A DNA stretch of 64,000 nt, from positions 5,828,001-5,892,000 of the forward strand of contig JAQFVV010000002.1 of NCBI GenBank assembly GCA_028023455.1, in the 5' to 3' direction. The DNA comes from Epiperipatus broadwayi. Lineage: Eukaryota > Animalia > Onychophora. Made by a program: the position numbers and the translations under genes. Shown piece after piece: positions 1-14,469 of this stretch (position 1 is its first letter; each line of letters opens with the position of its first letter). The notes beneath the pieces were generated by a model. That model had not been told where the DNA came from and did not search any database. It worked only from the letters and a program-made list of their open reading frames with translations.

Positions 1-1720
1 ACACTTTAATGAGCACACTGAGGAAGATTATCAGCTGAATGCCTATTGCTGATAATGTTAATTCCACACAATAATATTTCCTGTTCAACATATGGTTATA
101 AAAATATGCTACCTAAGGTGATTAGAATATTTTTTAGCTTTGGCTGATAATATTATTATAGACCCATAATGGTATCACTAGCAATCTAGATTTAAATTTA
201 TAATCTTTGAAGAAATCCTGTTAGCTTTGGATAATAGCTTTGGGATTTGTGAAACTCACTGGTAATGCTGCATTATTTGATTAACTTGATATATGAAAAG
301 TGAATAAGACAAAACAGATGTAACAATAACATTTTATTTTGGTAGTAACATGAAAGTTGTCTTTGCATTCTTTCAAACCCTAACCCAATTCTAATTTGTT
401 TTATTTGCTTGTTTTTCTTCTTGCACCAGCTTTAGATCTTTTTTTTTATTTTGTGTGACCACCAACTCCATTGCTTCTTGCAGATGGCTTATTTTGCTAT
501 CATATTCATCTTTGTTCTTTTTGACTCTTTACTTTCAATTGGTTTTGATTATTTTTATTTTCGCTTTCATCGGCAATTTTTTTCCATTTGGCTTTTATTC
601 CATTTGGCTTTTATTATTATACAGTTCTTTCATTTGGCTTTTATTATCAACAGACATTTTTCAATTTGTGTCAATAATCTCATCAAGAATGTTGTTTAAT
701 GAACCGGCTCTTTCAAAGTTTTAGGTTTGTCTTCAGCTTCATTTTTATCACCATTTACTATATATGGCTCTGTAACATTTGCCTGTTCTATTAACAGTGT
801 AAATATTCTTCTGATTTTTACGCTTCCATTTTTGCTTTAGCCCTTGTTATCATTTATAAATAAACTATTACTATTTTTTTTTAAAAAAACATCTTTTAAG
901 CAAATAAATATTAATGGCTGTTGAGTCCATCTCTCAACCATATAGCTACTTCACTTAATTCATTTCCATATCCAGCCCTATTTTTTCCTAGCTTCTTTGC
1001 TTTTTTTTTACAATAGTTTCATTATATTATTTTTAATTGCATGTTCGTTCTTGTTAATATGGTTATATAGTACTATTTTTTATTACTTACATATTGCTTT
1101 TCTGTTTAATTCACTTTTTCATTCCTACATTTCACCTTTATTTATGCAATCCTACCTTATTTCTCTCATGGTTTATGCTTGCTCTCATAATTCCCTCAGA
1201 ATGAATATAAAAAAGTTAGTCACAACATTTCTGACACTGAATGAATCCGATGCTGTGTCAAAATGTAACTTGGACTCCTCTACACTACCATAATCAGACT
1301 CCACTTGGTCACAACTGCAACTGACATCCTAATCCAATGAAACACTATGAAGACCATAAACAGGGACATTATCAGCTTACAGCCTATTGCTGATAAACTC
1401 CACACAGTAATATTTTCTGCTCGTCATATGGATATAAATTATGCTACCTGCAGCGATTAGTTTATTTTTGTTCTGGCTTGGAATATTATTGTAGACCCAG
1501 AATGGTGCTACTAGCAAACTAGGTTCAAACTTATACACTTTGAAAGAATTCTGTTAGCTCAAGATCATAGTTTTGAGGCTTATGAAACTCACTGGTAACA
1601 TTTCATTACTTTATTAATTTGATGAAAAGCATAAATAAAAAGTGAATAAAACAAAACAGATTGGCAATAATAATTTTATTCCGATAGTAAGATGCAAGTT
1701 GTCTTTATATCTTTCCAAAT
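1..1720 (+). repeat. Two diverged copies (about 1-420 and 1340-1720) of a LINE 5'/APE fragment
   Basis: Shared blocks such as GCCTATTGCTGATAA, TATGCTACCT, GAAACTCACTGGTAA and AAAAGTGAATAA. The first copy reads FGICETHW, similar to the APE motif LGISETHW. Confidence 0.55.
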
Positions 1721-3369
1721 TACTATTACTGACTTTGACAAGGCATCTGCATCACTAGATAATAATATTTCATTACATTTTCCTTTAAATTAAGTAAATA
1801 CCCATACTATATATATATATTATTATGCAGATGGCACATCAAGGTTGAAATTATATATTTGTGAAAAGAAAAAAAATAACAATCATATTAAGAATAGATA
1901 ATGCACCATATATTAAAAAAAAATACAAAGTATAAATGTACATCTCTAAAATAAATGTATATAATATTTACAGTAAATGGATTAATATATATATAAAAAA
2001 AAGATAGTGGTTAAAGATTAACAATTGAGACAAAGAAAAAAAAATTTTTATATACATTTATAAATCATCCTTGGCATGATTTTTCTTCTCATTAGTTCAA
2101 GAAGTTTTATAATATAATTAGGAGTTTAAAATGAGTTTTTAATTTACTAGTTACTCCTATGCAGTTTAAAAACAAACAATTTTATCCATGTGGTGTTAAG
2201 AAAAATTGAGGATTTTGCCAATTAACAAAATGGGTCATGATATTTCTTCAATGATTAATCCATAGTTTGCTGGTCATTCTCAGTAGAAGTTTTGACTTCT
2301 CCCTTGTAAGGTATACTTAAGTATTCATGTATGATAGAACTGAAATGGAGCAATTAAAGGTTTTTTTCTTCATGCTAGGTTATGCAGGTTGAATAAGTGT
2401 CCTTTCTTTTTCTGCTAAGTGCCATACAGTCAAGGATGGACTACAAAAGTTTCCAGCAAGCCATTTGTTTAATATTTACCTTATATATTGATTTTTATTT
2501 TTATTTTTAAATAAAATAAAAAAATTACAATTATATGTGAATATTTAATAGTTTAAAAAAAAATGAAAAGTTAAAATAAAAAAAAAGTACTAATATTGGG
2601 AAATAGGTCAAAAATTATTTATTATAACTTAGTTTTCTTTTATTCTTTTGTGTGTAGGTGTGCATTATATTTTTATATAATTCTTTTAAAAGTACTTTTG
2701 GTTAAAAGCACTTTTTGAAACGAATTGTACAAGATTAATCAGGTTCTGGAGATTAAGATTTCAGACCAATTAAATAAACAATATAGAAATAATTTGGGTG
2801 TAATTAAAATGAAAAAGAGAATTAAATAAAAGTACTAATGAAAAAAAATAAAGATCATATGGTTTGATAGCATGAGTGGAAACTCAAGCAAGGATAGTTA
2901 GGATCAAAGTGTATAAAATTCTGAAATTCCATATTGTTATTATTCAAATTCTTCAGTTATTCAGACTATTTAGATTTCTTCAATTATTCAGACTATTGAT
3001 ATTATTCAGATGATTATCCAAAAAATTATATGTAAGTCAGTTAAAAAGATAATATAGTTAACCAGATAGTTAATCAAAATCAGCCAGCAGCAGTGTACTA
3101 AATCTACAAGCAGCTAAAACAACAAATGAAACCATCTTTTTACGATAGTGCCAAAAGAGAAATGTGGGACTAGATCCAAAAGCTGATTGATCATTCTTGA
3201 GTACATTAGCTAGATGCAGTGATCTATTACTCTGACCGGCCTTTTGCTGATGTTTGAACCCGCCATGCTTTACCGGTCAGAAATTGTATGCTCATTCAAC
3301 AAGGTTTAGAATCTAAGCAAAAGTACCCTAAATCCATTCAGGCCCGAGATACACAGGTCAGGAGCAATC

Positions 3370-6175
3370 ATGGATTCTGCCCTATTTGCTCTTCTCTAAA
3401 ACTATAACATTATGAACAACACTTCTGATGATAACAGATAAAATTTTATTCATTTCGGTCCCACAGACACAGTGGAGAAACATGAGATCTACAGGGTAAT
3501 TAATATGAAGAATATCAAATCTTGGCTCAGTCAAATACATTAGAAAATCTATAAATTTAAATGAATTGCAAACAACTAGCATTGCAAAAGAAACATGAAT
3601 TATAATATAGTATCCATCCAGAATGAGCAAGGACAGAACAACCCAGAGATAAATGTCCATTTAAAGTAATCAGTTAAAACTTCTAAATATTAATATTATT
3701 ATAAGGAACAAGTGAGATTCAATGAGTGAGATTCATTAAGACACACACACATGAGTAATTATCAACATAATAATTTAATGAACATAAACAATTTTAATTT
3801 ACATCAGAAACATAGCACAGATTTAATGCGGTTAATACTTTGCATATAGGCAACTGATTTAGTGTGCTAATGAGCTACAAATAGCAAATTAATGTTATTA
3901 ACGCTATGATCATTACTTTAAAGTAATGATAAAAGACATCTATAAATTCACCTCCAAAGAGAGGTTTACTCTTGATATGACAGTTAAAAACTTATCATTC
4001 ATGAGCACATCTGAGCCTGTACAAATGAGGAAAGGGTTAGCTTAAATAAGCCCTACTGTGACAATCCTAAAAATATTCTATTAATTATTAAGTGAATGGT
4101 TTACAAACATCACTGCGCTACATCTTATATATACTATGGGAACTACACATAAGAAGAGAACTCGCAGTGCTGACTACAATAGCATTAAAAGTGGATTTCA
4201 GATCTGTCTTTGGATTGCAAGGTTTTATCACATTTAAGAGTCCGCTTGTATTTATAACAAGACAATACTTGAAGAGACGAGTAGTAAGGATGCTATGGTT
4301 CGAACTTATCGACGTTTCCCATATAGAGCCTTAACAATCTAACATTTGTCTTGAGGTCGGTGCTATCAAACCTCATTCTTAGACAAGTTACATGAAGAAA
4401 ATCCAGGACTTCCGGAGGAATAGATATGATAAAAGCAAAATACAAATTCTTTAAAATGCTATCATAAGTAAGCAATGTGAATATGGCTTAAATCTTAAAT
4501 GACTAATGCAATAATTTAAGCTTAAATAAAGTAATAATATCATGAATAACACCATGATAAAATATTAATCCACTCAGCAATGTATGTATAACCTTAGCAA
4601 ATTAGCATGTCAAAATATAAAAGAGGGGAAATATTATTTTTCCTATTTAATAAGCCCCAAGTATTCTTAAACAATAGTATACTATAAGCAAGTTAATGCT
4701 CAATGGCGTGAAAGCAATAAATAATTATTAAAATAGATTAATAATCAGATTTATTTAAAGAACATAAAATACATTTACAAAAAGATTGATCAAATCCTAT
4801 AATATAATGGTTTTAACAATCCGCCATTAAGCATCTATTTCCAAAGATTCAATCGAGCGAACTGTGTTCAATAAGAAATTTTACATTTAACTATTTAAAT
4901 ATTCCAAAATATCGGAATGGTGGCTAAATAATATGTTCACTAGATTGAAACATTAGCACACTAATATTACTCAATAAAATACATAGTTTAAAATAAGCTT
5001 GCCACACAAAAATAATTAGAATGTGAAACTTAAGAACTAATGACATATCTAAAATATAATTCTGTGCTAATGTTTTACAGAACAAGATTTTAAAACTCTA
5101 GAGAGAAAATCATTAAACTTAATTATTATGATAACTGAGTTTATAGTCAGTTATCAGATAGGTAGATTACATTATGAATATAAATAGAATTTAGGAATGA
5201 AATGAGGAATATTCAGAGTTAATTCTTCGGCAAATGGATTACCTTTTAGATATTATGGTGGACATTTAGAATAACATATACAAAGTTTAGACACAAAAGC
5301 ACTGTCAACAAGGCACAATATTAACAAAATAATGATAGGCATCTTCCAATTGTTCTTTCACATTTAAGCAGAGCAGTTCTCATATGGCGATGGCATGGCG
5401 GAAAGGCAATATGAGGCGATCTAAGATAAGGAAAGGCAAATTTTTGCTTTACTCAGAATTCATTCTGTTTTCACTCTCCAATCAAACACAAGATAATTGA
5501 GTGACCTGAGCTCATTTTGCACATGCCAAAAACTTTTACTCCTCCTATAATTGAAATTTGGCAAAATTGGAAGACATAAACAAATACATTCCAGAAAGCA
5601 TTATTTAAATGTATTTCTTAAAATTGGAAATAGCTTTAAGAATATGATTTTTATTAGTTTGATTAGAAATAGTTAAATGAGAACGACATTTTTAAATTGT
5701 AATAATACTTTCTAGAACTTTCTGGCATTGCTTTAGCTTTACATTAATCATATTAATTTTCATATCTGTAACACATATACGCACATACACGATTATCTAA
5801 GTGGAGGGAATTTACAAGCTTATAAATGAAATATAATTAAGTTGAAATAATAACATATAACTTTTGCCAATAAACAGGTTGAAAGTTATATGTGTATGTG
5901 TGTGCCTAACATTCTTGGATGACCAAATAAACATATATAAACCGGTTCAAACCCTACTTTAAAGGTCTGTAATGTCACCAGGCAGTGAAGCTAAATATGT
6001 ATTACAGATTTACCACTTCCAATGCCAACTTAATGGAAATAGCTCCCACCATAGAACACGAAACAAAGAAGATTCACTTGTACTAAAATATACGCCTACC
6101 ATGAATCTGACTGGATCAGAAGACAGGGGTGATCACCCATATGAAAAACCAGAGACTGTGCTTAGACCTAGGTAA
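3370..6175 (+). mobile_element. Highly decayed retroelement body, probably Gypsy gag-pol
   Basis: Relatively GC-rich stretch of broken frames with weak pol-like remnants in the expected order: GFNNPP..FQR, ITF.DIMVD, AERQYEAI.DKE, terminal ...LRPR. No LTRs found. Confidence 0.35.
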
Positions 6176-8269
6176 ATATATTCATTGATGTCATTAATAG
6201 AACTTTTTAATACTTAATACCAGTATTGAACTTTTAAACTTTATCTTAGATAGAAATAATAACTACATTTAAATAGGATTGCTATACATTATAGCAATTT
6301 ATGTGTTCATATTTTGTTTTATGTTTTTAAATATTCATTATTATTTATGTTATATTATTTAATAAATGTGTTTGTAAATTATTAATGTCGTTGTATGTCT
6401 CTCTCTCTCTCAATTTAATTGATTAAATAGACAATTTTATTTAAATATTCTGTGATGCCGATCTATTGCTTTTTATAACTAGCGATGGGTCAAGTGTTTA
6501 GAGCATGTTTGCATTATTTCTTGGGGTCATCTAGTTGACTAGATGGTGCCCTAGGGTTTAAACCCATTATAAATATCGCCATGAGATGTTCCACATTTCA
6601 TGCAATCACAGAGAGTTTAATATTTTTTATTAAATTTCGGTCTGATTGATAAGTAAATATTAATCATATTTAATCCTCTGCTTGAGTAACGGGGTCTTGA
6701 AAATCATATTAAAATTTAATATGATTTAATAAAGTAAAATAATAAGTAATTATACTTGGAATAATTTCTAAAAGTATTTATATTGGTGGAATCCTGTTAC
6801 AATATATATACACACATATAAAGTACAAAACTATGATATATTTTGCCTATTTTATTTCTTATGCACTCTCTTTTTTCTAACTTTCAGAGTGTATATATAC
6901 ATTCAAATGGTTTTCACAAAATGTAGACTGATTGACTAAGCTAAATTTTTTACTGCTAGTGTTTTACGGATTATCCTTAATTACTTCAATACAATTCTCT
7001 TTAAGATATTTATTAATAAATAATTTAATCAGAGATCTAATTTATGATGATAGGAAAGACATCATGATTATTAATCACAATTGGAAATAGAGAAAGAGAA
7101 AGCAGAAAAAATAAGTTATACAAATTATTCTCAAGTTTTGTTTTTGTTTTTAAATTGAAAGTTAATAAAAATTTCTATCAGGGAGGAGCAAATTTAAGAA
7201 ACTTATCTTCCCCACTCTTTGTCCAAAATTTATTTTTACAATCAGTTAATAAGCTTTTTTTTTTTTTTTTTTATTTGCACAGAACACCTAAATATTTGTT
7301 AAAATACAATGAAACCTACATACTCAGATGGGAATAAAACATTTATTTAAAGAGGTTTTTAGAATTAAAAATGCTATTAATTATTAATGTTTTATAATTT
7401 AACCTTTTATTTAACAAGATTTTGTAATTAAAATGCTGTCAATTATTAGATTTCATATTTAACATTTACATTTAATGCATGATGTAGATACATATAACTA
7501 CAATATACAAAGGAATTTCTTTAATGATATTTTTTATCAGAGTTGTGTGTGTGTGCAAGTTAATGTAATATTCAAAAGATACAAATAGTATTGCACAAAA
7601 GTCAATAGTATACTTTACTGACTGGTCATATTTAATACATCCAACTGATACAAGCAAAAAGTACAATCAGTTTTAATAATGTGCTATGCTGATTATTACT
7701 TTTATGAATTTGTTATCTACTTCATTATAATGATTATATTGACATTTATTTTTTTTAATATTTTGATGTTATCTAAATCCCCTCTTCTTTGGACTGTTAT
7801 TAGTTGAATGTAATTTAATATTAAAAAACAATTTTTTAAAATCAAAAATAAAAATTTATCAAGGACTGTAAGATCATATTCTTAAATAATTTACTAATAT
7901 CAAAATTAACAGCATGAATAGATTTTGTGATATACATAAAATATTATCTCTATTTGAGTTGTCTGAGACCAGCTTCAACTTCAGCTATAAGTTCTATTAT
8001 TGGCTCATTCCACTTGCCTTTGATGAATCTTGATCAGAGTTGTCCTTTGAATTTGTAAATCTAATTAAAAAGTTCAAAATTAGAAGTTGATCACAAAATA
8101 GTTTCCCTTAACATAACTAGATTATATGGCTTTATTAATAGAAAACAATTTATTAACATTGTTAAAACAGAAGTCCTGAAAACTAAATATTCATAAATAT
8201 GAGTTAATTCTATAATTGATGTTTTAATTGTTTTGATAACAACACTGTTGCCATGTTTTATGGACAACA

Positions 8270-9160
8270 TTATTATATGACTGATGAATGGCCAATGGGT
8301 CTATTCATAAATGGGATTATTTCAAGCATATATCTCAATCACATTGAAAACCAGTTCCTCCCTAAATACATTATAAATATTCCCAACCTTACTTACACAT
8401 AATATGTAGATGAGATATTTATATACAGCCCAGAATCTTTAATCACTGAAATCAAAATAGATCTGGAGGCAAAATCTGCATTATCATGGACAATAGATTG
8501 GGAAGACCACCATAGGAAGTTAAATTACCTAGATATTCAGCTACATATAGATAATCTCTAGCTAAACTATAACATCTGCCTCAAACATTTAGAAATCTGA
8601 AGTTTTACACACCCCAAATCCATCTCACTTCACTTTCACAAATATGCTGGCCTGTCATTACTTCTTTACAGAAACTACCACCTATGCATTCAAAGCTGTT
8701 CAAAAAGCCAACCTTAAGCAATACATTAAAGAAGTAACCGGGATAGGCTTCAAATATAATGACTTCCCACAAAGAATCAAACAATTTTATAAAAAGATGA
8801 AATCAAAGCCACTCAAAGATGAAAGTCTTTGAATACTACTTCCATATATCCTATAGATAGCCAAAAATATCAATAAAACTTGTTCACAAATATATCGAGT
8901 AAGCTATCATACTTCTTCCACAATAAACTTCACACACACTGTAGATAAAAATTACATGACATCATGCAGGATGCAGCACTATATATTATGGTGAATCATG
9001 CATATGCTTCACTATTCAGATTTCCCAACAGATATCTTTGTAGATGAATCCAGAGCATAAGTCAATCTTCCTTGAGCACCAAAACACCACAGGCTATACA
9101 TTTGAGCCCATATCTGCCAACATAGCATACATAGAGTGAAATGATTCTCTGCAGAAGGTC
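8270..9160 (+). pseudogene. Penelope-like reverse transcriptase relic
   Basis: WPMGLFINGIISSIYLNHIE...YVDEIF...HRKLNYLDI parallels the Penelope RT motifs PMGSPLS..IANIY..E, RYVDDIF and LNFLD. Multiple stops. Confidence 0.65.
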
Positions 9161-9585
9161 AAAGAAGTGTGGCATATTGGAAGTTTTTTTTTCTTTTTAG
9201 TGACATTTTAATCTGCTTTTCCTGCAAGTTGCTTATCAAGAGTTTGATGTTATTGATTTCTGCTACTTTATTATTCATATCTGCTACTTAAGAATTCCCA
9301 TTTTCTGGTTCAAGCTGCACTTTTGAATGTTTATTATCTTCTTTTGATTTGACTTTCAAACTTTTTTTTTTGTTTACTATTTTCCAAATTTGTCAGAATT
9401 ATGGTGGCATAGATAGTTAACATGCCTTCTATCTTCCATTTTCATCAGTATGATTTGTTAACTCAATCCATATTTTACATAAGTTTTCCCTAAACAATAC
9501 CCCCACCCCTTCTATGCAACTTATTAATTTTTATTATTTTATCTATGAACATGACTAGAAACAAGATTATTTTAGTTCTTAGCTC

Positions 9586-10330
9586 CTATCTAACTGCTAC
9601 CAATGTCAACTTTCTTAATGTGGTTGTAAGTATTGAATGTTGATACAATAAGGCACTACATATTCCTTTATAATCTATTTGATGAATTTTTTTTTTTTTT
9701 TTTAAGGTATGTTTAAGTTGATTAGCAAATACATTTCCTATCAATCTATCGGATTTGGGATGATAGTAGGGCAAATACATTATCACTCCCCCCCATTCTT
9801 CCAAATACTTTTCAAACTTAGTTAAAGTGGATTTAGAGCTAGTGTCTCTAATAAGAGACTTATAATAACCATGTGCAAAAAAAAATATTCCTTCTAAACT
9901 CACACTTCTAACTGTATGTTATTTTGTCCATCAAAAATAAATATTAATAATTAATGTAGCTTTTGAAAGTTCCAGCATGGTCAAGAATGAACTTGTTGCC
10001 ATGGTTGGATAGTATCCATAATTACCAAAAAATATAGCTGGTGAACCTAAGAGATGACATGCACATTTTATTTTATTTTTGATAATCAGAAATTTATAGT
10101 AAAATTTTTGATGTCTCCACTGATAATTAGCCACCAAATTTAGCATCTGGTTAATATCTTTACATGCACTACAACAGAATGATGTTTGTGAAGTAGTTCC
10201 ACTATTTTATCATGATCTAGGAAGATATTAAAATAATATTTGTTTAACATATCAGCCTTGTATACTGAAAGACTATATAGAAGTTCCAAAAAAAATAGAA
10301 GATAAAATCTGTGGATGAGCCAACCCTTCC
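9586..10330 (-). pseudogene. IS630/Tc1-like transposase relic
   Basis: IMYLPYYHPKSDRLIGNVFANQLK resembles the YLPPYHPELNPIE.VWAQLK motif; the rest is heavily decayed. Confidence 0.5.
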
Positions 10331-13300
10331 TAATTCATTAATTAATTCTTAGTAACCTTTAAGCTATTTTGTGATTGTTTTGTTTTTCAATATCTTTGAG
10401 TATAATGTGTCAATATAATTGATTTCAGAATCTATTTTTTAGAGTTTGGTTCACTCATGAATCTTTGATGAAATAACAGTATGTTGCATCAATTTCTGCT
10501 TTCCATAACTCAATTCACAGTTATATGTGATAAAAAAAAATTCAGACAATGCAACATACATGAAGTTAAATTTATCAGGAATAAGTTTTACTTGTGAAAA
10601 CATACCTAATATAGTTTGTTATCAGTTGTGATCGATAAAAGAATGATCATATAGATATTGGTGGAACTTTTTAAAGCTGAAAATTATAACCAAAGCTTCC
10701 TTCTCAAATTTGACTAACTTTGACTACCAGTTTCTCCCTATACAATGTAGAATGACCCAAGACAATTCTCACACCAAAATTTGATACATCTATTATCAGT
10801 ATTACATATAAATTGTTATGAAAATTTGCAGCAATTTCTCTAAGAGCTTTAGTTTACCAAAAACTATATCCAATATATATGCTATACAAAATTTTGGGTT
10901 ATATGTGTTTTTCCATTAAAAAAGCTTTCAAATAATTGATTAAGTAGAATGCCCAAACTTATTTAACATTTCTAAATCTAAGTACATTATTCATTGATTG
11001 CATTTAATAAGAAGGGGGAGCTTTTATGTTATGCTTTATAAATTTTAATTTGCTCATATTCAAACAAATTGTGTTTAATCCTATGAATCTCTTTCATATT
11101 TTTTGTCATTCTCTGTCTCAGCAGAGTAACTGAGCTTACTATGATCAAAATATTATTACATGAAATAGGATACTGGTCTTGGCTGGAAAATGTTTGATGA
11201 AATTTAACACCAAATGAAAGGACAACTGTAATTAAACAATCCCAAATGTGTCATTATTATCAAAAATTTAGATGATTTTCTATTTATAAATATATAAAAA
11301 AGCACTGTGTGAAAATTCTATGAAACAAGATCTTTGAAATAATGTGACTTATCTTATAATCAGTGCAAAGATTTACTTATGTGTGAGGCATGATAACTAT
11401 TCCAATAGGAGGCTCATCCTATTCAAATTATTAAGCCACCCCAATTTTGATTTCTTGGTATGGTTTCCATACAACACTTGCATTTTTTTCATTTATACAA
11501 GTTTTTTTTTTTTTTAATTTGTCAGTTTTCTTTCAATACGTTTGCAAAAACATATTAATTTTACTTACAATATTTATTCAGATTCCTAGAAGAATGAAAA
11601 GATTTCTCTGTATATAAAGGTCAATTTATAAATTTATAACAAAATTTTATCTGAGCTTTTATATTTTTTTAATTTTTAACTCTTTCTCATTAACATGGTT
11701 TAACTTGAGAAACATTTTCCTTAGAGATAAATACTTATTCTTATTGATCATTAAAACTTTTCAGTTCTTTTCTGAAACTGGTTACGTATGTGTAGCTATC
11801 AATTTCATGCTAATATATTTACTTTCAATTATATAATATCAGCAGTTATTACTCTGAGTGTTAATTTCATATGTTTAATAATCATATTATTTTTATTTTG
11901 CTTAATTTTCTCTCTCTTTTTTTTTTATCCATACAATATCAAGATGGGTTCTGATTCGGCACTATGTATTTTCTTTGGTTTCATTTACACTTAATAATTC
12001 TCTTTGACTTATTTTCCTCCAACAACAAAATAATCTTTGGTCAGATATTTTTTAAACTGGCCAGGGATGGATTTCCTCAATACAAAGCCTCTTGAAACTT
12101 TGTACATTGAACCAATTTAGCTCACTGCCATGCTCTTTATAATAGCTACTTCATAATCAACCATGATGTTATTCTCTAAAATTTGGTTTCTTCAAAAACT
12201 GACTGAATAAACAATTCTTTACCAGATCTCTGAGAGCACTAATAAACTTATCTTTCCCCATTCCACTAAGCAGTTATCTGTTTCTAAAATGAAGACTTTC
12301 TATATACATAGAAAGATGTGTGTAAAAATATAGTCTAATTTTTTTTTTTTTTAACTATTTCACTATAGGGAATACTTTCCAATTCGACTGACTCATACAA
12401 ATAATTTGCAAAATATTCATTCCCTTGAATTTTATTTATAAGGAAAGATTTTTTTTTGTGAGTTTGTATACAATATCTAATTTGCCATATTTTTGATATC
12501 AAATTCACTGATGGATTTTTGACCTACAATTTTGTTTAGACCATTTAGCTCAATTTGAATGTGATAACTGGACTTAAGCCAAATATAGATTCAGTTTTAT
12601 TCTAGATGAGTTTATGAATCATTATAAGTTCAACATGTATATAACATGTAATGCAGAAGATGGCCTATATATAAAAAAGGTCAAAATGTAGGAAGACAAT
12701 AAACAAATTGACTAAAATCAATGAAATTTCAGGGTTTTAATAAAAGCTTAATTTTCATTCTGCTTATGACAAATAAGCCTTACCAATTAATACTATTCAA
12801 GGATATAAATGTAAATTAAAACTCTGAAATCAATGTTGAGAGGACCTATAATCTACATAGACTACTAGTATAATTTTAATGACAATTGTGGCATAATACA
12901 GCAATTCCATTTCAATTCTACTGAAACTTTTTAAACAGGGAAAATTAGCTCTCTAATATGATACCCTATTTTTATGCCAACTGCTCTAGCCAAACAACAA
13001 CAACAAAACTAAAAATAAAACAGTAAGAAATTTCATTTCCTAAAAAAAATAGCAGATACGTATTAATACATTATCAGCTAATATTAATGGTTCCCAATTT
13101 AAGTTTTTCGCAATAGTATTGCTTATAATTATGTGTAAATGTACTTTTTAGCAACATGAACTATTACTATTAAGTGTCAATATATTTATTGCACTTACAT
13201 ACATATTAGTGCCAATTCTGCAAACTTTATAAAGTTATTAAATATTATGTTTAATATTTATTAACATTAAATTCTTATTTTCCCAACTGCAATAAAAAGA

Positions 13301-14307
13301 AAAATTAAACAGTGAGTTAAGCTAGATTTTTCAACATTCAACTGCAAAATAGTTGACAGTGTCTTTCACAAGAAAAAAAAAATGTTGAGAAAACTACATT
13401 ATATACTAGCATGAATAGAATATTATAAAGAAATAAATATGAAAGTTTATTTTAAATAAGTTTCATCACAATCTGTATTTTTCTTGATTTCAGATTTACA
13501 AAACTAGAAATAACTTACTTTGGAACTAATTCAGCACATACATCATTTTCAGTTGCTATTAATGGCAGATTTATAATCCTTTCTTATAAAATATCATTTG
13601 TAAATATATTTTATTAAGCTTAATTCATTATTGATAAATTGCAGAGCATGGTAGTAAAATCATATACTGATTCATGAAAGATAAATTTCTTAAATATACA
13701 CAAATGAACTATAGTGAAATATACTATTGTTTTCAATCGAGTATGTTTTATTAATTATTGAATATAGTATATTTATAGCCAAATGTTTTAGCAACCATGC
13801 ACTCCCCATACATTCTTGGAGTAAATATCTTATTTAAATAATACATTATAAATGATTAAAATAAAAGTGTGAGAAGAATATGTGATGGAATAAACAGATC
13901 TATCATAATGATCAAGTTTCTAATATTAAAAATTATCAGCAAAAATGATTTTATTATTTTCTTTCTATCTTGCTGTTTTTTTCTTTTTCAATTGGATTCT
14001 AATCACAATAATCATTTATGAAAATATATTATTTTCAATTTTTTTTTGTTTATAATTGTTTAATTGTGTTAATAAAATATAGTAATAAATGAAATATTAA
14101 TAAATAGTGAAATTACCCATGCATTTGTCACTATATACATTTGTGGGGGGGGGGTCTAATTAACTCAATGATGAGGCAGAATCTATTCTTATTCTACCAT
14201 AAATGTGAAATAATACTGTTTACCATACTTGATTAATATTTATAATATAAATAATTCTACAGAATTTAAAAAGCAAATTAAAAATATATCTACATAATTT
14301 CTCTTAC

Positions 14308-14469
14308 CTTTTCATCATTTTTGTCAAAAGCTTTTCCTTTGTCAGAAATTTTGTTTATAACTTGAGCGACTCCAATAACTTCTGCATCCACATCTTTAAT
14401 AGGCATGCATAAAATATGATGTGTCCTGTATCCTGTTTTTTTATCAACTTGCTGATTAAATCTTGCATC
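14308..14469 (-). CDS. PDE11: Internal exon (phase 0/0, 54 codons) of a GAF-domain cyclic-nucleotide phosphodiesterase, PDE11/PDE5-PDE6 type, GAF-A region
   Basis: Flanked by ttttTAG acceptor and AAG|GTAAGAG donor. Translates [54 protein letters not shown], matching the GAF-A motif D.RFN..VD..TGY.T..ILCMPI......IGVAQ.INK....F...DEK. The family is secure; PDE11 versus PDE5/6 is a best guess. Neighbouring exons were not found in the window. Confidence 0.88.

Noticed and set aside
8003-8070. Candidate terminal exon on the minus strand
   Set aside because: Weak acceptor; none of the three frames resembles the expected PDE continuation.
11569-11607. Candidate 39-nt minus-strand micro-exon (cag|...|gtaagt)
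   Set aside because: Open only in phase 1 (KSFHSSRNLNKY), incompatible with the phase-0 PDE exon, and no PDE similarity.
11950-12300. Possible MULE transposase relic (NIMVDYEVAII)
   Set aside because: Only one short motif; no CxFH motif or TIRs recovered.
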